From NCBI GenBank assembly GCA_977016875.1, contig CDRNST010000054.1, positions 1,302,001 to 1,366,000 of the forward strand: DNA of 64,000 nucleotides, written 5' to 3'. This document shows positions 1 to 11,300 of this stretch, one piece after another. The DNA is from Pavona decussata (Eukaryota). Both the position numbers and the translations under genes were made by a program. Below the pieces are notes generated by a model. The model saw nothing but the letters and a program-made list of their open reading frames with translations. It was not told where the DNA came from and ran no database searches. Positions within the stretch are counted from its first letter, which is position 1, and the number at the start of each line of letters is the position of its first letter.

Positions 1-565
1 GGGGTACAATATACTGTTTTGTTTTGTTTTCACATTCACGTTATTTTTTTTTCTGTTAGTCTACAAGAATCACCAGGAAATTAGTTCTCCGGAAAGTTAT
101 AACATTAACGTTACTGTTAAAAAGTAACAAAGCATTATCAGGGCACAAAATGCATAGTGGATTATTAACAATTTCTTATCATCCAATTCAATTGGACGTT
201 CTCGGTGAACTGTCTAATGGGCAATCACTTGTGTGATGAAATAGCTGTCAATCAGTTCAACTTATTGATCATGAGTTAATACAATGTTCCATGGTGGTAC
301 TCGAGTATGTTCAAATTTGGACCCCTTTTTAGAAAGAATTTGCACTCAAAATGCTACCCCATTCTAGAAATAGGTCAATTTCTATTACCACGTTCTAGAA
401 ATTACGTAGCTTGAATACTTTCAAATGGTGGCTGATAATTTGAAGCTTTCTTGTGTTCGAAACATTATACCCCATTCTGGGAAAAGCCTCTAAAATGGAT
501 GCCCCATTCTAGACTGGGAGTCCCAAAATCATGACCCTGTTGGGCAGCACATACCCGGATTTCCA

Positions 566-736
566 ACTGAGCATTAGCCCTTAACTTCTAAGGAAATGGA
601 AGATCACACAAGGCAAAAAAAAATCTTTAACCTTGGCAGGAATCAAACCCACAGCCTTTGAATTCACGCCAATTCCAAATATCTTTTTCTTTGCCTCGTG
701 CGTTCTCTCATTTCCTTACTAGGGCTAATGCTCAGT
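566..736. repeat. Small inverted-repeat (MITE-like) element in intron
   Basis: ACTGAGCATTAGCCCT...AAGGAAATG at 566-598 is reverse-complemented as CATTTCCTTACTAGGGCTAATGCTCAGT at 709-736. Confidence 0.5.
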
Positions 737-954
737 GGGGACTTCATGGGTTCACTTTAGCATATTAACAAATTACACTGCAGAGTTAATTCTCTTATCT
801 ATCACTTATAAAAACAAAATGCTTGATCACAATGTAGGATGAAATCTTTCATGAAAAGCCTAGCAATCACATTTTTAGTTTTGTGCCTCTACCATTCATA
901 AGAACACTGTCATTTCGTGATTCTTACATGGCTGTTTTTCTTCTTTATAAATAG

Positions 955-1350
955 GTTTGAAAAAGCTTGAAAGCAATGAGCCTAACAGTCTTCTGGGAAT
1001 TTACAATGGTGACAAATTTGCCTTCTATGGTAGCAGATGGAAAATTTTGAATTACATCAAGCTAGTTTGGCGATATGGCTTAATTGACCTTTACACCATG
1101 AACAAGTTCATTAGTAACATGTTGAAGAACTTTTCAAACATTTACGAGTTGCAGGAAGACCGAAAGGCATTTAACAATGTACCTGACATGTTGAAAGCCA
1201 TTGGTGGTAATGAGATGTATGAATACACCCAGATGACTACTAGACAAACTTTGGAGAAAATTGGCCTTAACCCACTCTTGATTGATGAGTTAGTGACAGC
1301 TGTCATGAGGATCAATTATGGCCAGGATGTGACTTTGAATGGATTTGCAG
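955..1350 (+). CDS. PCYOX1: Prenylcysteine oxidase 1-like, internal coding exon (earlier exons not identified)
   Basis: The translation LGIYNGDKFAF...KLVWRYG...LIDELVTAVMRINYGQDVTLNGFA resembles the prenylcysteine lyase domain. It is bounded by a polypyrimidine/TAG acceptor at 954 and a GCAG|GTAGGC donor at 1350. Confidence 0.85.
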
Positions 1351-2483
1351 GTAGGCAGAATTAAGTTATACACTCTTACTATTCAGCATTCTTTTTTAGA
1401 GGGTGGGGGAGGGGCATTAAGGGCTGGTGTTTTAGGAAAGAAGGATGTTTGTCAGTCCTCCAGTGTTCTTTCTCATGTAAGGAAATCCTTGATTTAGTAG
1501 ATGTGGTTTATAAATCTTTGAGAATAACTTTCAATCATCTTAAGCCTGATTGAAAGGAAAATCTGAAAGAAATGAAAGACTAATAAGGCTTTTTTTTGCC
1601 ACATTTGTCCAGAGAATAATTACTGTGATATATAAAATTTGTCTGCACATGTATATGTTGTGGTTCAATTTTATCCTTCCTTTACATTTTCCATATTTGT
1701 TATCATAGATTACCATTCCCAAGAAACAATAGGAAGATAAAGTTTAAACCAAGGATAGATAAATTTGAACCACCACATTGTCATATATACAACTCACCTC
1801 AAGAAATTACAAGATACAGTCCTTAAACTTGAAATGCACGCCATGACTCCTCATTAAAAAGTCAGAAAATAAACTGTAAAAGGATATAAGTATGTAACAC
1901 TAAATGTAGTTGTAAGGGCTGTAGCTGTGGGGGAAAAATGACCGCATAAAATTAAGCCGTGTCTTTTTGTGTCAGATGTGGGAATTCTACAGAGTAGTGT
2001 TCAATAGGAATGATGATGATGATGATGATCAGAGGCTTGAATTTGCATCATGCTGTTTGCATGCAAGGGAATTTACATTCTTCTTCTCTTTCAACCCAGC
2101 TATGGTTGTGTTCAAATGAGTAAATGAGAGGTAACAAAATGCCAAGGGTACCATGTAATGTACCAGGCTTTTAGCCAGGTTGTGCATACTACAGTCATGT
2201 GTCTGGCAAAATGATAAAGGATTAAGTGAAATTTCACTGAATGTTTTCAAACGGTGGCTGTGTGCAGGATGCACTGACACCCTTCTGGGTAAAACATTGC
2301 AATGGGCTAGCACCTTGTCTCAGGGGTGGGGGGTTCAAATGTGGTTCATCACTCCCAGTACTTAGTTCTCTCTCTCCAACCCTGAGTGTTCTGTCAGGTT
2401 TTCCTTGCATAGTTTGGGTTTGTAGCCATAGGAGACCATTTACATGTACAAGACAGATGTAGAGTTCCTTTCTGTTAGTAAGG

Positions 2484-2487
<4 letters not shown>

Positions 2488-2568
<81 letters not shown>
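2488..2568. repeat. (ATT)n microsatellite
   Basis: About 27 perfect TAT/ATT units. It generates the spurious poly-N and poly-I ORFs. Confidence 0.97.
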
Positions 2569-3385
2569 GCACTATTTCAATGGTTTGCAACAAAAGGAAA
2601 TTACAATATATAAGAAAAGTAACATAAAGACAGCATTAAATTACATAAATGTGAAAAGTAAAATGTGCGCAGTGACCAAAGGAGCCTAGGCTTTCAAGTT
2701 GGTCACTGCCACGTGCAACTAACTGGCGTATAACGTGCAACTAAATAGAGCAAAAAAGTAAGGAATAATAAAGGTGCAATAATAGAAACAGAACAGAGCT
2801 CTCACTGTTAAGATCCAGGGTCATCACTCACCTAAAGGACCTAATTAGAATTGAGATTTGATGCTTTAACTTTGTACTTCCTGCACAGGAGGTCTCATAA
2901 TAATATTATATTGTTCTTTCATTCTTTTTCTACATTACCTTGGTTTTCAAAATGTAGAACTAAGTGTAGAACCAACATAAGGCTTTTTTTTTGTCCAGCA
3001 TCAGGGCCCTTTGTTGTTTTAATTTGCTCAGCCTAGATATTCAAAATTCAACAAGATGTGTTGCAATTTTTAAAAACAAGTTGAAGAAATGCCGTCTTAC
3101 TTTAATTTCTATGTTTTCCCATTCTCCCTTTTGTTATTACTTTTCTTTTATGTTCCTTAAACTCTTCCCCTTTTGTTATTGGATATTATTACTAATGGTT
3201 ATTTTCCCTATCTCGCCAATGTCATGCTATTAATCTTTACATTGTAATTTATGATTAATTGAGCAAGCCCATGCGTACAGGTATGTTTGGTTTCTTTGGG
3301 CTTCTTCGCCATGTTCCTTTATTTCTTTACAATTTTGTAAATTATCTTTGGCAAACAAAAACAAAAAATCATTTATCTACAACAG

Positions 3386-4185
3386 GAGCGGTGTCCCTAG
3401 CAGGTTCACAGGGAGGTTTGTGGTCAGTCGAGGGCGGGAACTGGAAAGTGTGTGATGGTTTGCTTTCCACATCTAAAGCTTCACTGTACAAGAACACCAG
3501 AATAACAGAAGTAGTAAAAGACATCAGTGGTGGCAGTGCACAGTACACATTGAAAGGCGAGGGGCACATTCCCAACAAACAGTATGATATTTTGATTGTA
3601 GCTGCACCGTTTGAAATATCCAATTACTTCTTTGATTGTAAAGACTGCAAAAACTGGCCAGCTCCTAAGCAGCTTGGAGAATTCTGGCGCACCATTGCTA
3701 TTTTTGTTCAAGGCCATGTCAACATGACGCATTTTGGTTTTGGAGCTGAAGCTGACATACCAGAAGTGATTGCCACAACTGAAACTCCTAGAAATTATTT
3801 TAACTCTATTGGCAAACAAGACCCAGTTGAAAATAGGACTAAACTGGATCCAAAGGAAATGCCTGTTCGCAAGGTGTTTTCGCGATCAAATGTTAGTGCT
3901 TCTCAACTGAATGAGTTGTTTAGTAAGATGAATGATGTAAAAGTAGTGTCTTGGCTAGCATATCCCCACTATACCCCTCCTGAGAAGTTTTGGTCATTTG
4001 TGTTGGACGATGGTGTCTTTTACATAAATGCCATTGAACGTTCTGCAAGTGCAATGGAGATGTCAGCTGTGAGTGCTAAGAATGCAGCATTGTTAGCACA
4101 TCAGTATTACACTGGCACAGCGACTAATGCACAAGGAAATGGTAAGCCTTCAAGCTTCAAGGATGAACCTAAAGGTGAACTGTAG
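3386..4185 (+). CDS. PCYOX1: Prenylcysteine oxidase 1-like, terminal coding exon
   Basis: Acceptor ACAACAG|GA is in phase with the previous exon (FAG|AVSLAGSQGGLWSVEGGNWKV). Motifs WLAYPHY and YINAIERSASAMEMSAVSAKNAALL are present, and the C-terminal KGEL resembles an ER-retention signal. Confidence 0.88.
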
Positions 4186-5619
4186 CAGATGCCATTTTGA
4201 GTACTGATAACTAGGAAGCTAAACGTCAGGGATAATATTAGCAAACTGTCTTAGCTATGAATTGATGCATTTCTTCAGGGAACTAAAACCAGAAGTCTGA
4301 TATTAACACCCATTCCATCTTCAAATGTGTGCAGAGTGCTTCATCAAAAATCACTATAATTAAATCCCTATACAATGTTGATGGGCTTAAATATGGTCCC
4401 TTCCAAAATATTTCTTGCTGGGCAATCGATAACAACATTATTCATTCACCTGGGAAGTGCCTGGCATTTTGTAATCTTATTTTGAAACAAAAAACTTTCC
4501 TTTACCTGTTTATATTTCGAGTATTCTCACTCCTGCTAATGATGACGATGACCATCATCATCATCATCATTATTAGAATGCCAAGAAATCTTTGGTATTT
4601 CAGTACGGGGAGATTTAATGACTACTTTTTTGATTTGTGTCTTTGTACTAACACAATTTAAGGAATGTCTAAATTTTGATGCAATTTATTAGGAGAAAGT
4701 TAATGTATCTTTTTTGTAACAGCTAGTTTTATTATAGGGCTTTTTATTCCATTTCTACCGTAATTTTACCACATATAAAGGACAGAACGATACGCAAAAC
4801 TATGCCATGTTATTACACTGTAGGCTACAAGGCTCCTGTTTCACCCTGTAGTGCCCTGCTTTGACCGGTACATACAACCGAGGGTTGGAACTAAATCACC
4901 AAAAATATTAAGTGGGATAATAGATACCTTATTCTAGTTTTTTTCCATATAAACTTCGTGAATTTTTACTCATTTTTTTCACAGCCCTATCAAGTACCGG
5001 GCTTGGAAAACTGATACTACACTTTCTGTAAAATTTCTACCCTTATTAAGCTTAAGCTTACATGTAAAACCATAGAACAAGGCGCAGTTTAATAATCTGC
5101 AAGACCCTAATAACATTCGGAATATATACAATCAATATCGAGGTGTGAAGTGCCAGCATTTATATTCCAAAATACCGATTTGACAACCGCAAATTTTAAC
5201 TCGCAAAACATTTTGCTGATTTTACTCACATACACAGGTAAACCAAGCGAGTTTGTATAAATTTGCTCGAAAAATTAACAGTTCTTCTTCGAAATAAAGT
5301 TTGAAAAACTTTACTTGTTGTGTTTTGCTGTGTGTATTATTAGCTTCCCTGGTAAATACGTCTGAAAAGATAATATGGGCCAATTGTCAAGATGGCGGGA
5401 AATGACTTTTGAGGTGGCCTACGTGCAGACGTCTCTTATCTTATCTTACATATTTGATGTTTCTTCACACTTGATGAAAAAACAGTGCGGACAAAAATAA
5501 TTTCCCAATAACAAATAAAAATACCCTCACGTGTGCATTCGCCATTTTGTATTTGAAGTTTTGGCGCCAAAATGTTTGCTAAGCGCCCGCGTTTATCGCT
5601 CGTTCTGTTGCCTATCGCA

Positions 5620-5960
5620 CGTGTAACTTATGCTAGACCTCAAAAATGGGTTACGAACATCCGCAGGGTGGAGTTAGCGATAAGATGCTTACCCTCAAAA
5701 AATATTCCCTGACATGATACGGATTCTGGAGGTACAAGAGCGGTTTGCTGGCGCCCTAAAACTAGTTTGTTTCGCCGGTTTAGATAAGGCTGGCAGCCTG
5801 GGAGGGTAGCTCATCAAGGAGAAGCCAACTCCGCCCGGAAGATGGCCGCTGGTAATCCTGGCCTGTACCATCTAGGGGATCGAAAACCCCAACAGACAAC
5901 CTACTGGCCCTCCAGGTTGGGAGTTGGGCAGAGGGCCGATAACCCACTCCAGTAAAAAAA
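5620..5960 (+). mobile_element. RTE-clade LINE 5'-UTR-like fragment (paralogous copies at ~30160-30470 and ~48260-48610)
   Basis: GGCCCTCCAGGTTGGGAGTTGGGCAGAGGGCCGATAACCCACTCCAGTAAAAA resembles the motif I recall from RTE-clade 5' UTRs. No RT or endonuclease ORF follows. Confidence 0.45.
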
Positions 5961-6588
5961 TATCGAATCTAAAATCAGAACTAGAACTGGAGAAGTTTCT
6001 GCTGCAGACAAAGTTGCAACTTTCGTCTATGGCACCCGATCAGACCACCGTGCGAGGCAGAGGGTAACGCCTAAACTGAAGATGAAGCTGTTCTCACCAA
6101 AAGCGGCTGTGAATAATGGAAAACTCGTACCATGTTTGGGCTGGCACAAAACTAAAAAGACGGAGCACTTTGATTTGAGACTTGAGTTTCACTAGGAGCT
6201 GAGAGGAAAAGGAGAGGAAATTTACCAGCCTTTACTTTCTCGATAATTTGAATCTGGAGAAATATGATGTTGATTAATTACCCCTCTGAGTTAGAAAGTT
6301 TTAAAACAACTCGAGAACTAATTCTGATCCATACCTTTTATTAAAACACGACGAGAATTGAAGGATAGCAAAGCTGTGTGGTCTTTTACTAAGAAAGTTC
6401 AATTATAGAACAATAAAAATAGCTAAAATTTTACTTTGTGACATTTTCCCGTTAATATTCTATTCAAATAAAGTCCTTGACTTCTTATTACCGTTATAGC
6501 TGTTCTAACAATCAAGATCGAATTTTCTCTGTCCTTGCTTGCTAGAACTTTTATTTCTATCTTGTAAAGCGGCGCATTCGAATAACTA

Positions 6589-6727
6589 TATAGAGTGTGT
6601 GCACGGCGGCCATGTTGGAGGACTAAAACAATAGAAGATATTTGCATAAAAATAGAATATATTTCCCAAAGGAAAATCATTGTATTGTTTCGATCCTCCA
6701 ACATGGCCGTCGTGCACACACTCTATA
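6589..6727. mobile_element. Palindromic MITE
   Basis: Terminal inverted repeats TATAGAGTGTGTGCACGGCGGCCATGTTGGAGG ... CCTCCAACATGGCCGTCGTGCACACACTCTATA. It is absent at the equivalent sites in units 2 (~31112) and 3 (~49256). Confidence 0.8.
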
Positions 6728-8317
6728 GAGAGCCCTAACATACTATTTTTTTACTATATATTCGATTACTACTTAATGAACACCAAGTCAGTATTGACAA
6801 CTAAATGTTGTACTTAACTATTTATATAAAAACTTTCTTTGTGGGCTTTTTTACTTTGATTACTTGTAAGCGACGAACAGTCTCCGTTAAATCGGCTCTC
6901 AGTTCAATGCGCTATATAAAAAAGGTATTCCACTATTACCTCACTAAATGACTATCTTCCCTACCCCCTTTGTTATCCCAACAGTGGTCGCTTACTGAGT
7001 TTCAACTATTAAATTAAATGCACCATTTCAGGAAAAAAAATTCTCGTGGACCATATGAACTCCCTAATGCCGTTAAACATAAGCTATTAATGCTTGGAGT
7101 ATGGCAATACATAATATATACTGTATATAAAATGTGGGAACGGGTAAGATACGCATAAAATTCTATATAATGTGATTGTGTAATGAAATCTCTGTTTGTT
7201 CGTAACTTTTATATACAGGGCCTCTCTGAAGACCACCATGTTATGAGAGAGCTCCCTGTAAAAACACTGTTCAAAACATAATCCAAATAGTGTGTAAACA
7301 TTACAAGAATTAGTCTTTTCACAGTAGCCCGACATTGAGCAGGCACCACTTGCGTGTCGGAATGGCAATCTGGTTGTGGTGATTCGCTTCGTTTTCTAGA
7401 GAAAATTCACGTCATACATTGAATGCTGTTCCAGTCGCATCCTGGGGGACCCGGGGGCAGTTTGGCAGGGTGGGGCGAAGCAAAACGGAGTAAAATAAGA
7501 GGTAACAAAAGCTTTGAAAAAGGACGAAATAGCCCCCTGGGAACTGAATCTGACCAGATGTTTCCAAATGGTTGTACGAGGAAGGAGTGCCCTTTAAATT
7601 CAGTGGAGTTTACTTTTAAGTTAAGAGCATTACGATGTCACTAATAGCCGCTCAGTGCTACAAACAATTGAAATACAGTAAAATACAGTGAGAACAAAAC
7701 ACGGGCGGGTTAACCTCCAAATGGAGGACTACTCATCGTTCAATCGTTTCTGGCGTGTAAGTTCTGCTTCCGGTTGCTGAACGCTTTTTCACCACAGCTG
7801 TCTTCAGTCTCCATCACTATTTAATGACAAAACACAAAAAAAGTGGTTAAGGCTTTTGAGGAGTGGTTTCGAGCAAATAGATGTCGTTTGATAATTAGAC
7901 AATACTTCAGAGTGTATACTACCTATTCAGGCCCAAGCATCGCAATTTTGTCGGGTCCAGCTTTGGATGTAGCAAATTGCATGTAGTACAAACCGGTTTT
8001 TCTTGTGAAGTCATGAGCTTTTGCACCGAAAGGTAATACGATTTTACTAAGACTATGCAAACACTATTCATGGTCAGTTTAATTGAATAGAATAGACGAA
8101 GCAACACGTAGTTGTTCACGTGTAACTACATCTCCTGGATGGTTTTGTTCCACAGCAAATCTGTAAGACGCCATTTGGTCCTGCTGATCAATTTGTCTAC
8201 TTTACACTCCGAGCGGCCAGAAACCTACGCGATTGTCTAGTATCCTGTACAGCGTTCCTGTCAGGGTTTTCAACGTAAAAAGGGATAAATTCTCTTCGTG
8301 GCTAAAAAGAGTGAAAT

Positions 8318-11300
8318 TTACCTGGATTCCATTTCCTCGAGGATGTATTTCAGTGCTTGCTCCTTTGTGCGAGATTTCAGTGGCGGTCCATGCATCAAGG
8401 TCCTTGCGATGTCCAGGGGACTGTTGCCTTGCCTATTTCGCATTTCTTTCCACCTCAATGGTCGGAACAGGGGAAACAGTTTCTGGAAAGCACCTTTTGA
8501 TATCAAAAGCACGCAGTGATGTAGGGCAGTGTTTCCATCCTCGTCAACACTCCGGACGTCAAGTTCAGTTTGCCGTCTCATGAAAGTCGAGATGCAGCTT
8601 GAATTGCTTCTCTGTATCGCCACCGACAAAGGAGACATTCCTGGAATTAATCTTGTGGCAGCTTTGTGGTTTCTGTCAAACGTATGCGGAAGATAACAGT
8701 TGAGTTTTACCTTTACAGTGACTATAAGGTACTGCATAACATGAGGACTTATGGAGGGCAGCGAGCAGGCTTTCAAGAGTGCCGTGTAACCCTGGTTGTC
8801 TTCCATCTCCAAATTATTGGTTGTGAAGTGGCTGAGCTTGTCTTTGACTTGCTCCATGGTAAGGTCTCCCTCTTTGCTGCGTTTCATTTTTGTGTACTCC
8901 CTCCAAAGATCAACGATAGTCTCTGTTACACTGTTGGTTCCCGTCATATATGCCATATTGCTAGGAGAAATCTTTCCGCTTGTTGGATTTTCTTGACTCA
9001 TATTGATTGGCGCGTTGGTACAAGAGTTATCGTCAGTTTTAGCTTGTGTATGTTGATGAAGAGGAGTAAATACAGGGTACATTTCAGAACTGCTCGCCAT
9101 TTCCATGTCCTCGTCTTCAAGAGAATAAACAGAGGTTGCGCTGGTTTGGCTGCTGTCATAGGAGTCGTCTCGAACTTCGTTATTTTCGTCGTCTTTGGAC
9201 TGAGAGGTGGAAGCCTTCTGCTTGCTTTGCTCATTCCTCAATACCGTTTCTGTATCTTTGGTGGAGCTTCTCCTGCTATGGGCACTTTCTTTCTTTAATT
9301 TCTCTTTTTTGATCTTTTTCTTACTCACTCTCAGCATGTCGAGGTCTGAGGTGGTTTTATAAGTTTTGGAAGCACTTTTACCACTCTCTTCACTTTTTCG
9401 GTCGCCTTGGTTTGCAATTAACTTTGTCTTTCTCTTGACCCCCAATTCCTCGTCTGTAGCCTCTCTCATCTTATTGTGTGATGCCCATTTCTCTGTGTTT
9501 GTCATTTCATTGTTTAAATCTGCCGTGATACCACCATTGCCCTCTTCTTCATTTGTCATTCTGTCTTCCCGGTGAATTAAGTAGTCTTCAATCTTTCGTC
9601 GCTTGCTGGGGGAATCATGAAAAGAGGTGCTGACACTGACGAAATCTTTCGGAGGTCTCTCAACTTCGTTGGCTCTTTGGAGAGATTTCTGCGTGTGGTG
9701 AGATCCTTGGAGTGGTGGCTCTGCTTGGCGAGACTCTGTTACTCCGTAGGATTGCCGAAAAGGTTTATTTGGGTCAAGAGGTTCCGTAACGTTGTCTCTG
9801 TCATTTCGACTGTGTTTGACGTAATAGCATGGGGTACATTCATTCGCGTTTGGTTTCTGTTTGGTAAACACCACATCGTTTTCAGGCGATGCCTCTTCTG
9901 CGTGGGAGGTTGTGGTGATTTCCCTCCCGTTTGTGGCAAAGTGTGGTAGGAAGGATGCCTCAATTAGAATCCATCGCAAACGATGTCTCCTTGGGTCAGC
10001 AGCCGACCAAATGGAAAACTGAGCGTTTCTGTCACTCATTTCGGAGAAAAAACAAATTCCGTTGTGGGTTGGTACGGTTTCCAGCATGAGCTGAGGCCAG
10101 CGTTCTATTGCATCTCTTGCACTTGTGATGAAAACAATCTTTTCTTTGGTTGCACAAAATCTTGAATTTAGAAGCATCATGTTCTTAGTGGTCCGATTTG
10201 AGGCACAGTAAGATGCAATGAGGACTGGGACTTCATTTTCGAATGCTTCTTCTGTACCATCATGAGCTTCGAGTTTCTCAACAATTTGCATTGGAGAGAG
10301 TTCTTCCTCCCTTTCCTCTAGCCGGTCATAGCCAATCTGCCCTTTAAAACACTTATTAGGACCTGCTTCTTCCACTACCTTTCGAAGGTGCTCTAAAAGA
10401 ATGCGTTCCTCCAATTCTTTGGTTAGCTGGCTTGCAAATGGACCTTGCTCCATTACGCTGTCTTCTCTCCAGGGGAAGATGTTAGGAAGAGCGAGGTTGT
10501 TGATCCAGTCGTTGTACTGCACTTTAAGAAAGTGGTAACGGTTGCATTTCACAACCCACAGACCAGCTTTGTCGCAGTCGTCGTTGAAACGTAGATCCTC
10601 CCAGCACGGCCATGGTCTATAAAACACTTTCTTTTCCACGGTGCTCCTAACATTCAACAACATCACAGCATACACTTGGGCTTTATTGAACGGTTGTAAT
10701 ACTCTTGGAATACTCCTTAGAAGGCCAAGTACGCCATAACTTTCATGCTGCTTGTCGCCAAACAACTTGGCCGGGCCTGTGTAACTATACAGTGGAAACT
10801 GTTGGGCCTCAAGCTGTTCTTTAAACGGGTGGGGCTCTAGCTGCTTTCCGCAGTCAGGAGGAATTTCTTTCCCTTCAGCTATTTCCTGGAGATGACTCAG
10901 TGGTTTAAAGAAAGAGCATCGCTCCATCTTCATCACGCCGTTGTCATCCCTTGAAACGTTGGCACTGGATACCGCCTGCTCACCAGAACTGAATACTGCT
11001 TTAGACATGACAGCCACGTTGTCATCAATGACAAAAACATATTCCAGCTTTAAGGCAAAAGCCGTTTTCTGGATAAACAGCCTGGCGTATCCCACGCCTC
11101 CTTCATTTGGTCCAAGTTCACAATTGGGCAGTTCATCAGGCAACTGCAAAATGGCAAGAATCTTGCCCCATGTGGATCTATAAGCCTGGAACTTTTCACT
11201 TCTAACAACGGCAACTTGCACATAACTAGCCGCGCGGTTTTCTTCTTGCATCACGTGTTTGTAATTCAGGAGACATTTACGAGGATCATCCCTGTGCGAA

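Noticed and set aside
625-665. tRNA gene
   Set aside because: Only a degenerate B-box-like antisense stretch inside a repeat is present, and no cloverleaf can be built.
2234-2689. Poly-N and poly-I ORFs
   Set aside because: They are translations of the (ATT)n microsatellite inside a PCYOX1 intron.
3259-3385. N-terminal 42 aa of the 308-aa ORF
   Set aside because: This is intronic read-through. Homology and the splice acceptor start at 3386.
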